A DNA stretch of 64,000 bases, taken from an uncultured virus (IMG/VR IMGVR_UViG_3300028840_004599). Taxonomy: Duplodnaviria; Heunggongvirae; Uroviricota; Caudoviricetes. The position numbers and the translations under genes are program-made. The notes under the pieces are model-generated. The model searched no databases. It was not told the DNA's origin and saw only the letters and a list, made by a program, of their open reading frames with translations. Location: the IMG/VR virus record IMGVR_UViG_3300028840_004599; one strand, 5' to 3'. Positions within the stretch are counted from its first letter, which is position 1; each line of letters begins with the position of its first letter. Positions 1-9,794 of this stretch are shown piece after piece.

Positions 1-1
1 G

Positions 2-109
2 GTATTCGATCTCACATCGGATGCCGTATATATATATTGTACTGCTGCCACATCCCCATGTCATGCCAATTTCACATTCTTTGTCTGGTTTAGGAGGGTT
101 GCTCCGTGA
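2..109 (+). CDS. 3' end of a gene entering from the left (probable tail protein)
   Basis: Open frame VFDLTSDAVYIYCTAATSPCHANFTFFVWFRRVAP ending TGA at 107-109, upstream of the tailspike. Confidence 0.5.
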   Translation, partial: VFDLTSDAVYIYCTAATSPCHANFTFFVWFRRVAP

Positions 110-248
110 CAGTAAAGACTACCGATGCTGTTAACATTGTGTATAATTTGCATAGGATAAAAAATAAAGGCATTCTTTTTTCTATTGTGCGTGCCTTGTG
201 GTTTGGTATACGTATCGAGTATAAAAAATTAAAGAGGAGGATTTTTAA

Positions 249-2621
249 TTGAAGAAACTACTACTTGTATTGGTTCTTGTGTCATTATCTATCTGTGCCT
301 TTGGCACGATTACGAACGTCCCCGGGAGATGGTTTATGTCCGACGGTGATACTGGTGGATCACAGGACGGTACTCCGCATTACCTAACTGAAGATCACTC
401 AACGTCGGGAGTGCTGGTATCAAACCAATCTAGCTTAACTGATGCAGACACCGACCATATACTGAAATACTCGGGTGGTGGTGTTGGCGACTTTGATGAT
501 AATAAATGGACGGCACAGGACGTTTACGAATTCTTCAATACAGTAAGTGATTTTGTAACAGAGACAAATCCCAATACATCTGATACGTTCGTGTATAATG
601 GCAGTACCATTGTGCCTCGTAACTGGGGTGAGATGGGGCTTAATCCGGCAAACGTTGTGACAGTGGCGGGGAGCGGGGCGGATTATACAACAATACAAGG
701 GGCGGTGGATTCAATAAGCGATGCAGCTTCAACAAATACTTATGTTGTGAGGGTTTACCCGGGAATCTATGATGAAAAAATTACAGGGAAAGACCACGTT
801 TCAATTGTCGGGACTGATAGAAAAACCTGCAAGATCATATCAAATCAAACTTGGGATGAAGTAAATGCTCATACCGGTTATGTTGTTAAAATCACTAATG
901 GGGAGTTGAGGAATTTCTATATTGAAAACGAACGAAGCTCTTATCCATCCGTGGCGGTTTATATGTCTGGGGATGGGCTTGTGAAAAATTGCGATCTCAT
1001 TGGTCATGCTCAGGACGTTATCATTTTAGACGATGGACGGGTTTCAAATTGTTATATCAATACTGATTCTGTGAGTTCTACAACTGACGCCGTTAGTATT
1101 AGACAAGGAACCCCGGAAATTTTTGATTGCTTAATTGATGTTGCGGGAGGCTGTGGTTTTTGGTTTGGTGGCGGGAATTCCACAACGAAAGTATATAATA
1201 CAACGGTTGTGACTGGAGGATCATACCCCGGAATAAGGTCTCAAGACAGCGGTCTTACTATCAGCATTTACTTTTACTGTTGTGAATTTTACAACAACAA
1301 TGGAGCAGCTCCCTTATTTCAAAATAGCGATGGGTCTAATACAACCGTTTATTATAGCCAATGTGTATCTTCTGCTTATGGTAATACTAATGTGACGTAC
1401 ACGGAAATGGAGACCTTATCCTTGGATGTTTCGGATGACGCCACAATCGGGGATGAATTAACCGTTACGGGTGATGCCACACTTAACAATGCGGTTACTT
1501 TCGGATTAGGTCAAAATGATTTCACAATTAATGCTTGTGATCTTATAGGCAACAATTACCGAAAAAGATATAATGGGGATACTGGCAAAACTGAATGGAG
1601 TGTTGACGGCGGAAGCCCAAGTTGGGATGTTAACCTTTATCCGAGTTCGGGGAACCTGGTGACAGATGATCTGCTCATTGCAGATTCCTTCCGGGCGGGC
1701 ACGGCTAACAACCCGGCAACCGGCGGGATTAATGCAAGTGGGGACTTCAACACGAGCGGGACTGTGCTGGCTGATACCGGTTTCAAGGTTGGAGATACAA
1801 CTGTGATCGACTCAAGCCGGTATGGTTATCTGGCACAATTGGGGATCGTGGAAACAGACATGGATTATCCTTTACATGTTGATGGGAGGGCAACTTTTGA
1901 CATGCAGGGCAACAGTCAATATGTTTATATTCGGGATGCAGCTGAGGGAAATCTTGGCATTATTGGTCAAGATTCAAGCGGTGATGGTGAGTTTTATTTA
2001 TACAATTCCGCTCATGCAGCCAAGGTGGCATTACGTACAGATGCCAACACTGGCTATATATACGGCTCTTTTACCGTTGGCGATGGATCGGATACATTGA
2101 CCGTCAATGATAGGTTATTGTTGACGCCGGTTGCCAGCGTAACGGGCGCAAGCGGGGCGATGTATTATGACAGTGACGACAACCACTTTTACGGATACAC
2201 GGGAGCAGCTTTTATCCAATTGGATAATCCTTGCGTGGATTTATTTATCGAGGAAACTCACGAGGCGGACGGGAAAACCACAATTGTCTTGAGACAGCTT
2301 GGGACACTTTGGGATAAGGCGTCTGATAAGAACGAGAAGGTATGCATCCCATTTAAGTTACCCCTGACAGATCGTGTGTCTTTGCAAGTTAGGGCAACAG
2401 AGGAAGGCGAAATAGCTATTATAGATAAGTATCAGTTTTATTATAAACAGGATGATAAGATAGAGAAACTAGATCCTATTTTAGTAGAGGGGGAAACACC
2501 ATGTCCGTATGGTGAGTATATACGATACATATATGACATACCAGGTGGGATCACACTCTTTGGCTTTGCAGCCGATGGTAGGATGGATAACGAGTTCTTT
2601 TCCGACTTCCTTAAGCTGTAG
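249..2621 (+). CDS. Tailspike/fibre-like protein with pectin-lyase-type beta-helix and N-terminal signal peptide
   Basis: GAGGAGG SD before TTG; VTVAGSGADYTTIQGAVD..VRVYPGIYDE pectinesterase-like cap, beta-helix-like repeats, GAMYYDSDD fibre motif. Confidence 0.75.
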   Translation: MKKLLLVLVLVSLSICAFGTITNVPGRWFMSDGDTGGSQDGTPHYLTEDHSTSGVLVSNQSSLTDADTDHILKYSGGGVGDFDDNKWTAQDVYEFFNTVSDFVTETNPNTSDTFVYNGSTIVPRNWGEMGLNPANVVTVAGSGADYTTIQGAVDSISDAASTNTYVVRVYPGIYDEKITGKDHVSIVGTDRKTCKIISNQTWDEVNAHTGYVVKITNGELRNFYIENERSSYPSVAVYMSGDGLVKNCDLIGHAQDVIILDDGRVSNCYINTDSVSSTTDAVSIRQGTPEIFDCLIDVAGGCGFWFGGGNSTTKVYNTTVVTGGSYPGIRSQDSGLTISIYFYCCEFYNNNGAAPLFQNSDGSNTTVYYSQCVSSAYGNTNVTYTEMETLSLDVSDDATIGDELTVTGDATLNNAVTFGLGQNDFTINACDLIGNNYRKRYNGDTGKTEWSVDGGSPSWDVNLYPSSGNLVTDDLLIADSFRAGTANNPATGGINASGDFNTSGTVLADTGFKVGDTTVIDSSRYGYLAQLGIVETDMDYPLHVDGRATFDMQGNSQYVYIRDAAEGNLGIIGQDSSGDGEFYLYNSAHAAKVALRTDANTGYIYGSFTVGDGSDTLTVNDRLLLTPVASVTGASGAMYYDSDDNHFYGYTGAAFIQLDNPCVDLFIEETHEADGKTTIVLRQLGTLWDKASDKNEKVCIPFKLPLTDRVSLQVRATEEGEIAIIDKYQFYYKQDDKIEKLDPILVEGETPCPYGEYIRYIYDIPGGITLFGFAADGRMDNEFFSDFLKL

Positions 2622-2815
2622 TGTCTGAGAAACCAGAAGATATCGACACGTTACGTGTATCTGTTGACGGTGTAGATATAATAATACCTCCAGAGGAGCG
2701 TACGAGGTGCGAGGTTTGGACAAGAGTTATGGGTTATTTTCGCCCCATTGCCTATTTCAATGTTGGGAAGAAAAAAGAATACGAAGAACGTGTTAATTAT
2801 ATGGAGCCACAATGA
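2621..2815 (+). CDS. Stand-alone C-terminal glycyl-radical domain of class III ribonucleotide reductase (mini-NrdD)
   Basis: RTRCEVWTRVMGYFRP..FNVGKKKEYEER matches the NrdD C-terminal RVxGY motif. Confidence 0.85.
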   Translation: MSEKPEDIDTLRVSVDGVDIIIPPEERTRCEVWTRVMGYFRPIAYFNVGKKKEYEERVNYMEPQ

Positions 2816-3003
2816 TAAAGATAGACCCTAACACCTTATACTCCTTCAATGAGATTAAATTGATGTTGAATAAATTGGGTGTTAAACAACCGGAGAAGCT
2901 TTTACAGAAGTTGGAAATAAAAAGGGTTGCTAGAAATGTAGTATTTGGGTTTGAATTCATTCAAGCGTGGGAGGAGGCGTCAAATGGGAAGTTTGGTAGG
3001 TAA
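2812..3003 (+). CDS. Small basic protein, possible excisionase/HTH
   Basis: 63 aa, IDPNTLYSFNEI start typical of winged-helix Xis-like proteins, near integrase. Confidence 0.4.
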   Translation: MIKIDPNTLYSFNEIKLMLNKLGVKQPEKLLQKLEIKRVARNVVFGFEFIQAWEEASNGKFGR

Positions 3004-3229
3004 GCGGTTTTTATTTGCCGTGATTATAGTTGTACTCTCGGGTGCTTTGACTGCTTTTTCGTGTTACTTAATTAGGGGTTCCCTCACACCAGAGATTGCT
3101 CTTGACATATTAAAATGGTTTTTCGGTAATTGTTTAGCTGTGGGTGGTACGTTTCTTGCGTTACAAACAATTACAGATTATCGGGGGGTAACACACAGTG
3201 AGAGGAAAACCAAAACCAAAGAGGCGTGA
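2984..3229 (+). CDS. Two-TM membrane protein, holin-like
   Basis: GGAGG SD before ATG 2984; two hydrophobic helices and basic C-terminus. Confidence 0.5.
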   Translation: MGSLVGKRFLFAVIIVVLSGALTAFSCYLIRGSLTPEIALDILKWFFGNCLAVGGTFLALQTITDYRGVTHSERKTKTKEA

Positions 3230-4436
3230 AAAAATTGGGTCAATCAATGTTCTCGAATTTCCGAAAAATGCGTCATGCAGGAGATTTAAATTTACATGGT
3301 ATGATCCTGTTAAAAGGAACACAGTTGCCAAGTCGTTGGATTTATCATCCTGGACAGAGGCACGGAAGCAGGCTGAACAGTTCAATGTGCGTAGGTGGAA
3401 TAGGGCAATAGATGATGAGACAGGTTGGACATTGCGTAGAGCTCTCAGCGCAGCTATTAGTAATTCCAGAAGTTCTTACAAGAAAAGCCTTCTTAAATAC
3501 GCAGAGGAATTCATAGTGTGGTTACGTACACATCACAGGGGTGTATCGTTATGGAGAGACGTGAAACCCTACCAAGTACAACAATATATTGCTGTGCTTG
3601 AAACAGATCATGGATATGCTTATTGTATGGCGCGTCTCAATGTCATATCCATAACATCTACCTTTATGTATAACAACTTCGGCACACGGGGCGTGACGGG
3701 TGGTGTACGAATTACTCGTGAACGGGATACGAAACCACCAGTCATATTGTGTGTAGAGGAAATAGAACATCTTATCCAAGCAGCCCGGGTTATAAGTCAA
3801 AAAAATTGCGATTTAAAAACTCCTAACGTAACCCAAATGTACAGGGACATACCGGATATTGTGTTGTTGCGCGCCTACACCGGTTTACGTCTACGTGAAG
3901 CCCTAAATATTCGAGAATGCGATATTGATTTCGAGTCTGGCACTATTCGGGTAGAAAAGACCTTATATCATACCCCCAAAACAAAGAGCTCAAGGAGAGA
4001 AATACCCGTCATAGGCAGGGTGTTGGACATGTTAAAAAAACGTGTGGATTCTTTGTTTGTGCGTGGTGGTGACTCGTTCATATTCCCCGATGCGAGTAAC
4101 AGGGCACAAGAGTATAGGCTAGGCTGTAAAGTGTTCTCTGTGGTGCGGGGTGAGGCATACCTGAGTACCCACAACGATAAATTTATTGATTACCAGTTTC
4201 GACATCTTCGTGCCTCTCTCATAACCCTTCTGTACAAGATTGGTGTCCGTGAAGCTCACATACAGCGTTACGTCGGGCACTCGCCATCCTCCCTCATGAA
4301 ACGTGTTTACATGTTCCTGAGTATCGATGATCTTCGTACGGAGATTTGTGATAGGCTTGAAAGATACCTGGCTGACCCCTCATCCTTCCGTCGTGTGGAT
4401 ATCGTGTATGGGGACGCTAAGAGGCTTGTGGATTAA
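3198..4436 (+). CDS. int: Tyrosine recombinase / integrase
   Basis: YTGLRLREAL (R), PKTK (K), FRHLRAS (HxxR variant), VGHS, terminal Y; N-terminal arm-binding-like domain. Confidence 0.9.
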   Translation: MRGKPKPKRREKIGSINVLEFPKNASCRRFKFTWYDPVKRNTVAKSLDLSSWTEARKQAEQFNVRRWNRAIDDETGWTLRRALSAAISNSRSSYKKSLLKYAEEFIVWLRTHHRGVSLWRDVKPYQVQQYIAVLETDHGYAYCMARLNVISITSTFMYNNFGTRGVTGGVRITRERDTKPPVILCVEEIEHLIQAARVISQKNCDLKTPNVTQMYRDIPDIVLLRAYTGLRLREALNIRECDIDFESGTIRVEKTLYHTPKTKSSRREIPVIGRVLDMLKKRVDSLFVRGGDSFIFPDASNRAQEYRLGCKVFSVVRGEAYLSTHNDKFIDYQFRHLRASLITLLYKIGVREAHIQRYVGHSPSSLMKRVYMFLSIDDLRTEICDRLERYLADPSSFRRVDIVYGDAKRLVD

Positions 4437-4696
4437 GGGTATGAGCAACCAAAGATACGATGCGGGAGGAAAAGTTGTTAAAAGGTGCTAAGGTATTGAG
4501 ATTGTTGGAATTAGCCACTTTTTTATTTATCCGTAGTGGTGCAAAATGTCATAAAAGTGGTGTTTAAATGGTGTTGTGTAAAACATTAACATCGTGTTTA
4601 TATCGTGTTGTTAGGAGGTAGGTATGTGTGTTGAACAGGTCACATTATATTACGGTGATTGTTTGGAACAGGCGCAAGGGAATTTGTTGAGGGAGG

Positions 4697-5206
4697 TTGG
4701 ATAATATGTATATTAGGGCAATTATAAGCATTCTTTCTATTACAGCTCCAGCTGTTGGTTACATTATTGGCTATCATCAGGGTAGAAAGAGCATGAAGAG
4801 GGAATGGGAGGAAAAGCAGAAAGTCAAAGAGCAGAAACCAAAGATGGTTTCTTTTAGGGAGTACTCGGAGGGTGTAAAGTCAATAGTAGACCTGTCTACA
4901 TGCCCCCCGCAATGCAAACGGGATTACCTTATACGAAATCTCAACGTTCTCATGGAGCGACCTCTTTGTCCCACCTGTGACGGCACTGGGAATGAACTTA
5001 TGTATATGTATCACAAGTGTCCAGATTGTGACGGTACTGGTATTAAGGACGAGCCTATTGTAGAAAGGATTGCCCGTGTGATGGATGTGGACGACTTTAT
5101 TAGGCAGTTTAGCATTCACTTTGCGAGGGAAAACGAGGAACGATTTATATTATCGGGTGGAAGGGTGTTGGAAGATATGGACGAGGAGGGCAAGCAAGGT
5201 GGGTAA
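4697..5206 (+). CDS. Membrane-anchored protein with DnaJ-type zinc finger
   Basis: N-terminal TM; CPTCDGTG and CPDCDGTG. Confidence 0.6.
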   Translation: MDNMYIRAIISILSITAPAVGYIIGYHQGRKSMKREWEEKQKVKEQKPKMVSFREYSEGVKSIVDLSTCPPQCKRDYLIRNLNVLMERPLCPTCDGTGNELMYMYHKCPDCDGTGIKDEPIVERIARVMDVDDFIRQFSIHFARENEERFILSGGRVLEDMDEEGKQGG

Positions 5207-5212
5207 CGATAA

Positions 5213-5758
5213 ATGACGTGCATTATTGGATACAAACAAGATGACAAGGTTTGGGTTGGGGCAGATAGCTGTGCCAGCACGGATAATTATAGGTTTTCTG
5301 CGAGGACGAAAAAGCTCATACGTAAGGATAACATGCTAATAGGCAGTGCCGGATCGTATAGGCAGATTAACCTTATAAAGCATGAACTTGTTATACCACC
5401 ACACCCAAAAAACATGTCAACGGATAGGTACATCAATATCCTACTTGTGAATGCTCTACGATCCTGTTTCGCTAAGGCGGGATTTTCAAAGATTGAGAGC
5501 AACCAGGAGGAGTTCGATGGTTCTCTTTTAGTGGGATACCGAGGTAGGTTGTTTGAGTTGTGTACTGATTTCCAAATTCTCGAAAACTACAAACCATATG
5601 CTGCTGTTGGGTCTGCTACGGAGCTGTCTCTGGGAGCTCTACATGTATTAAATACGACAAAAGATTTGACTCCAAGACAGAAGCTTTATCGGGTATTCAG
5701 GGCAGCTTCCACACACGATAATCGTGTAAAACCGCCATTTCATATTAGGAGTATATAA
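5213..5758 (+). CDS. HslV/proteasome-beta-like Ntn hydrolase
   Basis: MTCIIG start (Thr nucleophile), GADS, K, GSAG, AVGSA. Confidence 0.8.
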   Translation: MTCIIGYKQDDKVWVGADSCASTDNYRFSARTKKLIRKDNMLIGSAGSYRQINLIKHELVIPPHPKNMSTDRYINILLVNALRSCFAKAGFSKIESNQEEFDGSLLVGYRGRLFELCTDFQILENYKPYAAVGSATELSLGALHVLNTTKDLTPRQKLYRVFRAASTHDNRVKPPFHIRSI

Positions 5759-5759
5759 C

Positions 5760-5993
5760 ATGTATCTTTACCGCGTGATGTTTAAACAAAGAACGGAGTA
5801 TTTGGAGTGGGGGGAGGAAACCTATGTGGTTTATATTGTAGCCGAGACATTCAATGATGCAGAAAATATAACGATATCTGCATACTCGGATGATATTCAT
5901 GTGAGATGTGTTGAACGATTGGCGGGGTTTACAGATGCCAAGTATTCTCCGTTTCCGTGTTCCGTTCCGCTAGTTGCTGTCGAATTGGGCTAA
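5760..5993 (+). CDS. Hypothetical protein
   Basis: Tightly packed ORF in operon. Confidence 0.6.
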   Translation: MYLYRVMFKQRTEYLEWGEETYVVYIVAETFNDAENITISAYSDDIHVRCVERLAGFTDAKYSPFPCSVPLVAVELG

Positions 5994-6005
5994 AGGAGGA
6001 TTATT

Positions 6006-6338
6006 ATGTATTTGATGATTGGAAATTCAATAGTCAATGAGATAAAAGACCATGCTGTAGCTGAGGATATAGTACAATACGCATATAAGTTTCTGTCTTC
6101 AGAGATGTTCACGAACCCCTGTTCTTACTTGCCCCATATGCAACAACAAGCAGATATTGCTATGGCATTGCTGGAGGGCAAGAATGAGAAGGATGGAGAG
6201 TTACTACACTATAAGGATAAAGCGGTAACTAAGAACCAGGCAGACATAATAAAACGAATCAACCACCCGTACTTGTTAAAGGTGAAAGAGTTGTTATTGA
6301 AGCAAATAGATAAAATGAGATTTAAAGTAGGGGAATAA
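6006..6338 (+). CDS. Hypothetical protein
   Basis: AGGAGG SD. Confidence 0.65.
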   Translation: MYLMIGNSIVNEIKDHAVAEDIVQYAYKFLSSEMFTNPCSYLPHMQQQADIAMALLEGKNEKDGELLHYKDKAVTKNQADIIKRINHPYLLKVKELLLKQIDKMRFKVGE

Positions 6339-6359
6339 ATTAAAGGGGGAAATGAGCAC

Positions 6360-6719
6360 ATGGTAGAAGGTAAAGAGAGTAAAGAAAATAACAATGTTGG
6401 TAGCTGGTTTAGGAATGGCAGATTAAAGAACCTGATGCTTCTATCTACATTTATCCTGTTAATCGCCACAAATTATAATAAAGTCCTCTCCCTGGTATAT
6501 ACCACACAGAATACAGCTGGAGCTATCACAACCTTAGAGCGTTGCTTTAAGGAATTGGAACAGAAGGTAGGGGAGGACAGCGCAGAGAAAGCGGTAATGA
6601 GCACACAGATAAAGGAGATGCAGGAGAGATTGAAAACAATACAACAGAAACAACAGATATTTGGTGAGCAGTTAAATCGTATTGAGGGATATCTCCAGGG
6701 TGTGAGGAATGGCAAGTAA
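6360..6719 (+). CDS. TM plus coiled-coil protein (holin/XhlA-like or spanin-like)
   Basis: One hydrophobic helix then heptad coiled coil ending LNRIEGYL. Confidence 0.5.
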   Translation: MVEGKESKENNNVGSWFRNGRLKNLMLLSTFILLIATNYNKVLSLVYTTQNTAGAITTLERCFKELEQKVGEDSAEKAVMSTQIKEMQERLKTIQQKQQIFGEQLNRIEGYLQGVRNGK

Positions 6720-6909
6720 GAAATTGTTTTGTTTGGAGGTTACTCGTAAGTACGGTCTTGTTGTTTGGGAATTCGTTTTCGGAGTTTCCCTTAAAGAGGT
6801 TCAGGAGGAAGCCCAGGCAGCGTATGGTACTTCTTTGTGTAATGTCAGAAAGGCGACGAAAGAGGAACGAGAGAGAGTAGAACGAATACTTGGGGAAGAT
6901 AGGGTGTAG
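6709..6909 (+). CDS. Hypothetical protein
   Basis: Overlapping packed ORF with SD. Confidence 0.55.
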   Translation: MASKKLFCLEVTRKYGLVVWEFVFGVSLKEVQEEAQAAYGTSLCNVRKATKEERERVERILGEDRV

Positions 6910-6914
6910 ATAAT

Positions 6915-7784
6915 ATGAGTACAAAAACAAGTTCTTTTGGGACATCAGGAAGAATCAACCACGATTCTACAAAGTTTTATAAGAGCAGATTATATGAGGG
7001 TTTAAAGAAGGGAAAGAAAGTAAAATATATTGAGAATGAAATACCTCAAATAAGTATAAATCATATTTTCTGCAAATCTAGTGAAGTTATGGACGATTTA
7101 CCTAATAATAGTATTCATCTTATGATTACCTCCCCACCGTATAATGTTACAAAAGAATATGATGATAATCTAAATTTAAAAGAATATATAGATTTATTGA
7201 ATAGAGTTTGGAAGGAAACATATCGAGTTCTGGTTCCTGGAGGGCGAGCATGTATAAATGTGGCAAATCTTGGAAGAAAGCCATATATACCGCTTCATAG
7301 TTATATTATTGATGGAATGCATGAAATAGGATACCTGATGCGTGGTGAAATTATTTGGAATAAAGCTTCGAGTGCAGGTCCGTCAACTGCATGGGGATCA
7401 TGGCTTTCGGCTACAAATCCCGTTTTAAGAGATATTCACGAATATATTTTAGTATTTTCAAAAGAGTCATTTTCAAGAGAAAGAATGGGAAAGGAGCCCA
7501 CAATAAAAAAAGAGGAATTTCTTGAATGGACAAAAAGTGTCTGGAATTTTCCTGCTGTTTCAGCAAAAAAAATAGGACATCCCGCTCCATTTCCTGAAGA
7601 ACTCCCACACAGACTTATTCAGCTTTATACTTTTAAGGATGATGTTATTTTAGACCCCTTTGCTGGTAGCGGTACGACTTGTTTATCCGCGGTTAAAGAT
7701 AAAAGGAACTATGTTGGATACGATATCAGCCCCGAATATGTAAAATTGGCTGAAAAAAGAATCTTATCCATATGTGCACAATAG
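6915..7784 (+). CDS. Orphan N4-C/N6-A DNA methyltransferase, beta class
   Basis: ITSPPY, HPAPFP, LDPFAGSGTT. Confidence 0.92.
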   Translation: MSTKTSSFGTSGRINHDSTKFYKSRLYEGLKKGKKVKYIENEIPQISINHIFCKSSEVMDDLPNNSIHLMITSPPYNVTKEYDDNLNLKEYIDLLNRVWKETYRVLVPGGRACINVANLGRKPYIPLHSYIIDGMHEIGYLMRGEIIWNKASSAGPSTAWGSWLSATNPVLRDIHEYILVFSKESFSRERMGKEPTIKKEEFLEWTKSVWNFPAVSAKKIGHPAPFPEELPHRLIQLYTFKDDVILDPFAGSGTTCLSAVKDKRNYVGYDISPEYVKLAEKRILSICAQ

Positions 7785-7792
7785 GAGGACGT

Positions 7793-9049
7793 ATGCCAAA
7801 ACTAAATCAAAAAGAAGAAGACCTTAGAAGCATGATTTTGGGTCGTGGAGGAATAACGTTAGAGTACTTTATGAAAACGTATAAAGTAAAGAATGTGAGA
7901 TGTCTTAAAGACGTAAAAAAGCGACTGAATAAAAAATTAAAGAATTTGGGTTTGAGCAAGCTTCCAAAGGTTGGAAGTTGGGATAACTTTTCTGCGAACG
8001 CGCAGGAGGAAAAGGATATAAAAGATTCTATTGACCTTCAGGCGTTACAGCAGAAGGTATTATCCTTGCAAAAACAAAATGCCTTATTGTTAAAGGAAGC
8101 TGCATATGGGAAACGCTTGTTGGAGGCTGTTGAGAAAGCTACCCCGTTATTCCCACCGAGGCGTGTGGTTGTCCCGAAGATTGGAAGGGTTAAAAGCATA
8201 GAACATGTAGGATTCCTCTGCTCCGACGTACACGCCAGTGAACATATTGGTGAAGAGACAACGGGCGGTTTTGGCAGCTACTCCCTTGAAACTACGTCCA
8301 AGATGGCAGAGTACTTGAAATCGGTTATTCCAGATTTCTTACTCAGCAACCTTACTGGTACGCAATTTGATGTGTTCCATTTTTGGTTTCTTGGTGATAT
8401 GGTATCCGGAATAATCCATGAGGAGCTTAGCAAAACAAACGAAATGGAAGTTATAGAGCTGTGTTTTTACTTGGGGCAGCTGTTCGCAGACCTCATTATG
8501 TCCCTGGCTTCGGTGTTTCCCGAGGTGCGGGTTGTTGGCGTCCCGGGTAATCATGGAAGACTCACGAAAAAAACCCAGTACAAATTATACTATAATAATT
8601 TCGATTGGGCGGTGTACAAGCTGGTAGGCGTGCTTTGTTCCAAGATGGACAACATAACATTTGATTTTCCTAAATCCTTCTTTGCCTCTGTGCGTGTGTA
8701 CGATCACCTGTTTGCTTTGATACACGGGGACGGGATCAAACGGCATAGTGGCACACCTTATTACGGTCTGGACCGGTACTTCAAGAAGATATCCGCATTG
8801 TTCGCCTCTAGACGAAACTATCTGAAGTACCTTATGCTTGGACACCACCATGCAGGAGCCATGATACCCGATGTTGGGGCGTCGCGAAAGTATGTCAATG
8901 GACAGTGGACGGGTCCAAGCGAATATTCGCTTGGGGCAATTATGGAAGGGACTGATCCGACACAGCTGCTTTTTGGCATACATAAAAAGAAGGGAGTAAC
9001 GTGGGATTTACAGGTACAGCTTAAATATGCTGTAGAAGACGCTGCATAA
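7793..9049 (+). CDS. Calcineurin-like metallophosphoesterase with N-terminal coiled coil
   Basis: SDVH, GDMVSG, GNHGR, HGD, GHHH motifs; GGAGG SD before ATG 7793. Confidence 0.85.
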   Translation: MPKLNQKEEDLRSMILGRGGITLEYFMKTYKVKNVRCLKDVKKRLNKKLKNLGLSKLPKVGSWDNFSANAQEEKDIKDSIDLQALQQKVLSLQKQNALLLKEAAYGKRLLEAVEKATPLFPPRRVVVPKIGRVKSIEHVGFLCSDVHASEHIGEETTGGFGSYSLETTSKMAEYLKSVIPDFLLSNLTGTQFDVFHFWFLGDMVSGIIHEELSKTNEMEVIELCFYLGQLFADLIMSLASVFPEVRVVGVPGNHGRLTKKTQYKLYYNNFDWAVYKLVGVLCSKMDNITFDFPKSFFASVRVYDHLFALIHGDGIKRHSGTPYYGLDRYFKKISALFASRRNYLKYLMLGHHHAGAMIPDVGASRKYVNGQWTGPSEYSLGAIMEGTDPTQLLFGIHKKKGVTWDLQVQLKYAVEDAA

Positions 9050-9102
9050 ATAGGACAAGAATATACGGAGGGAGGGAAAATACTATGAAGAGGTAAAACA
9101 TT

Positions 9103-9792
9103 ATGCAGAGACCAGTAGAGAGGCAGGATGAGTGTCTTCACAACGTATTTCTCGATATCGAGACCATACCCCTTCCCGTGGAGAGGCGGGAAGTTTTCCG
9201 ACCAACCGAAGATACCATAAAACTTGGCAATCTAAAAGACCCCAATAAAATCAAAAAGAAGATAGAGAGCGTCCAGGAGGAGTGGGAAGCTGGCAAAGAC
9301 TGTGCGCTTGACCCACTTCAGGGACGTATAGCTGTGATCGGTTATGCAATTGAGGATGAGCCAGTGGTACAATTGTACGATGAGGATGAGGGAGAGCTTC
9401 TGTGCGATTTCTGGAATCGAGTCACCAAGGAAGTTGGGTTCTTTATCGCACATAACGTTAGATTCGATGCTGGGTTTATCCTACGTCGATCCATCTTAAA
9501 CGATATAAGTTTCCCTGCCAAGTTTGCAAAAGACCTTTGGAGCTACCGCCCAAAGATATGGATCGATACGATGGATTTGTGGAATATTGGCAACCGTGGG
9601 TGGTCGGCAGGTTCCGCAAAGCTGGAACATCTGTGTTATGCATTGGGTATTCCGGTGAAGGGGGGAGAGGTGACAGGTAAGGATTTCCACCTTTGGTGGG
9701 AGAAGGACAAGGAGAAGTGTTTGGAGTATAATCGTGACGACGTTAATGCCGTCCGAGAAGTATACGATAGTATCAGAATATTAGGAGGATAA
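9103..9792 (+). CDS. DEDD 3'-5' exonuclease (PolB-exo-like)
   Basis: FLDIET, AHNVRFD, IDTM, YNRDDV. Confidence 0.85.
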   Translation: MQRPVERQDECLHNVFLDIETIPLPVERREVFRPTEDTIKLGNLKDPNKIKKKIESVQEEWEAGKDCALDPLQGRIAVIGYAIEDEPVVQLYDEDEGELLCDFWNRVTKEVGFFIAHNVRFDAGFILRRSILNDISFPAKFAKDLWSYRPKIWIDTMDLWNIGNRGWSAGSAKLEHLCYALGIPVKGGEVTGKDFHLWWEKDKEKCLEYNRDDVNAVREVYDSIRILGG

Positions 9793-9794
9793 TT

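Noticed and set aside
6915..9049. Restriction-modification pair
   Set aside because: Neighbour of the MTase is a metallophosphoesterase; no endonuclease recognised next to either MTase
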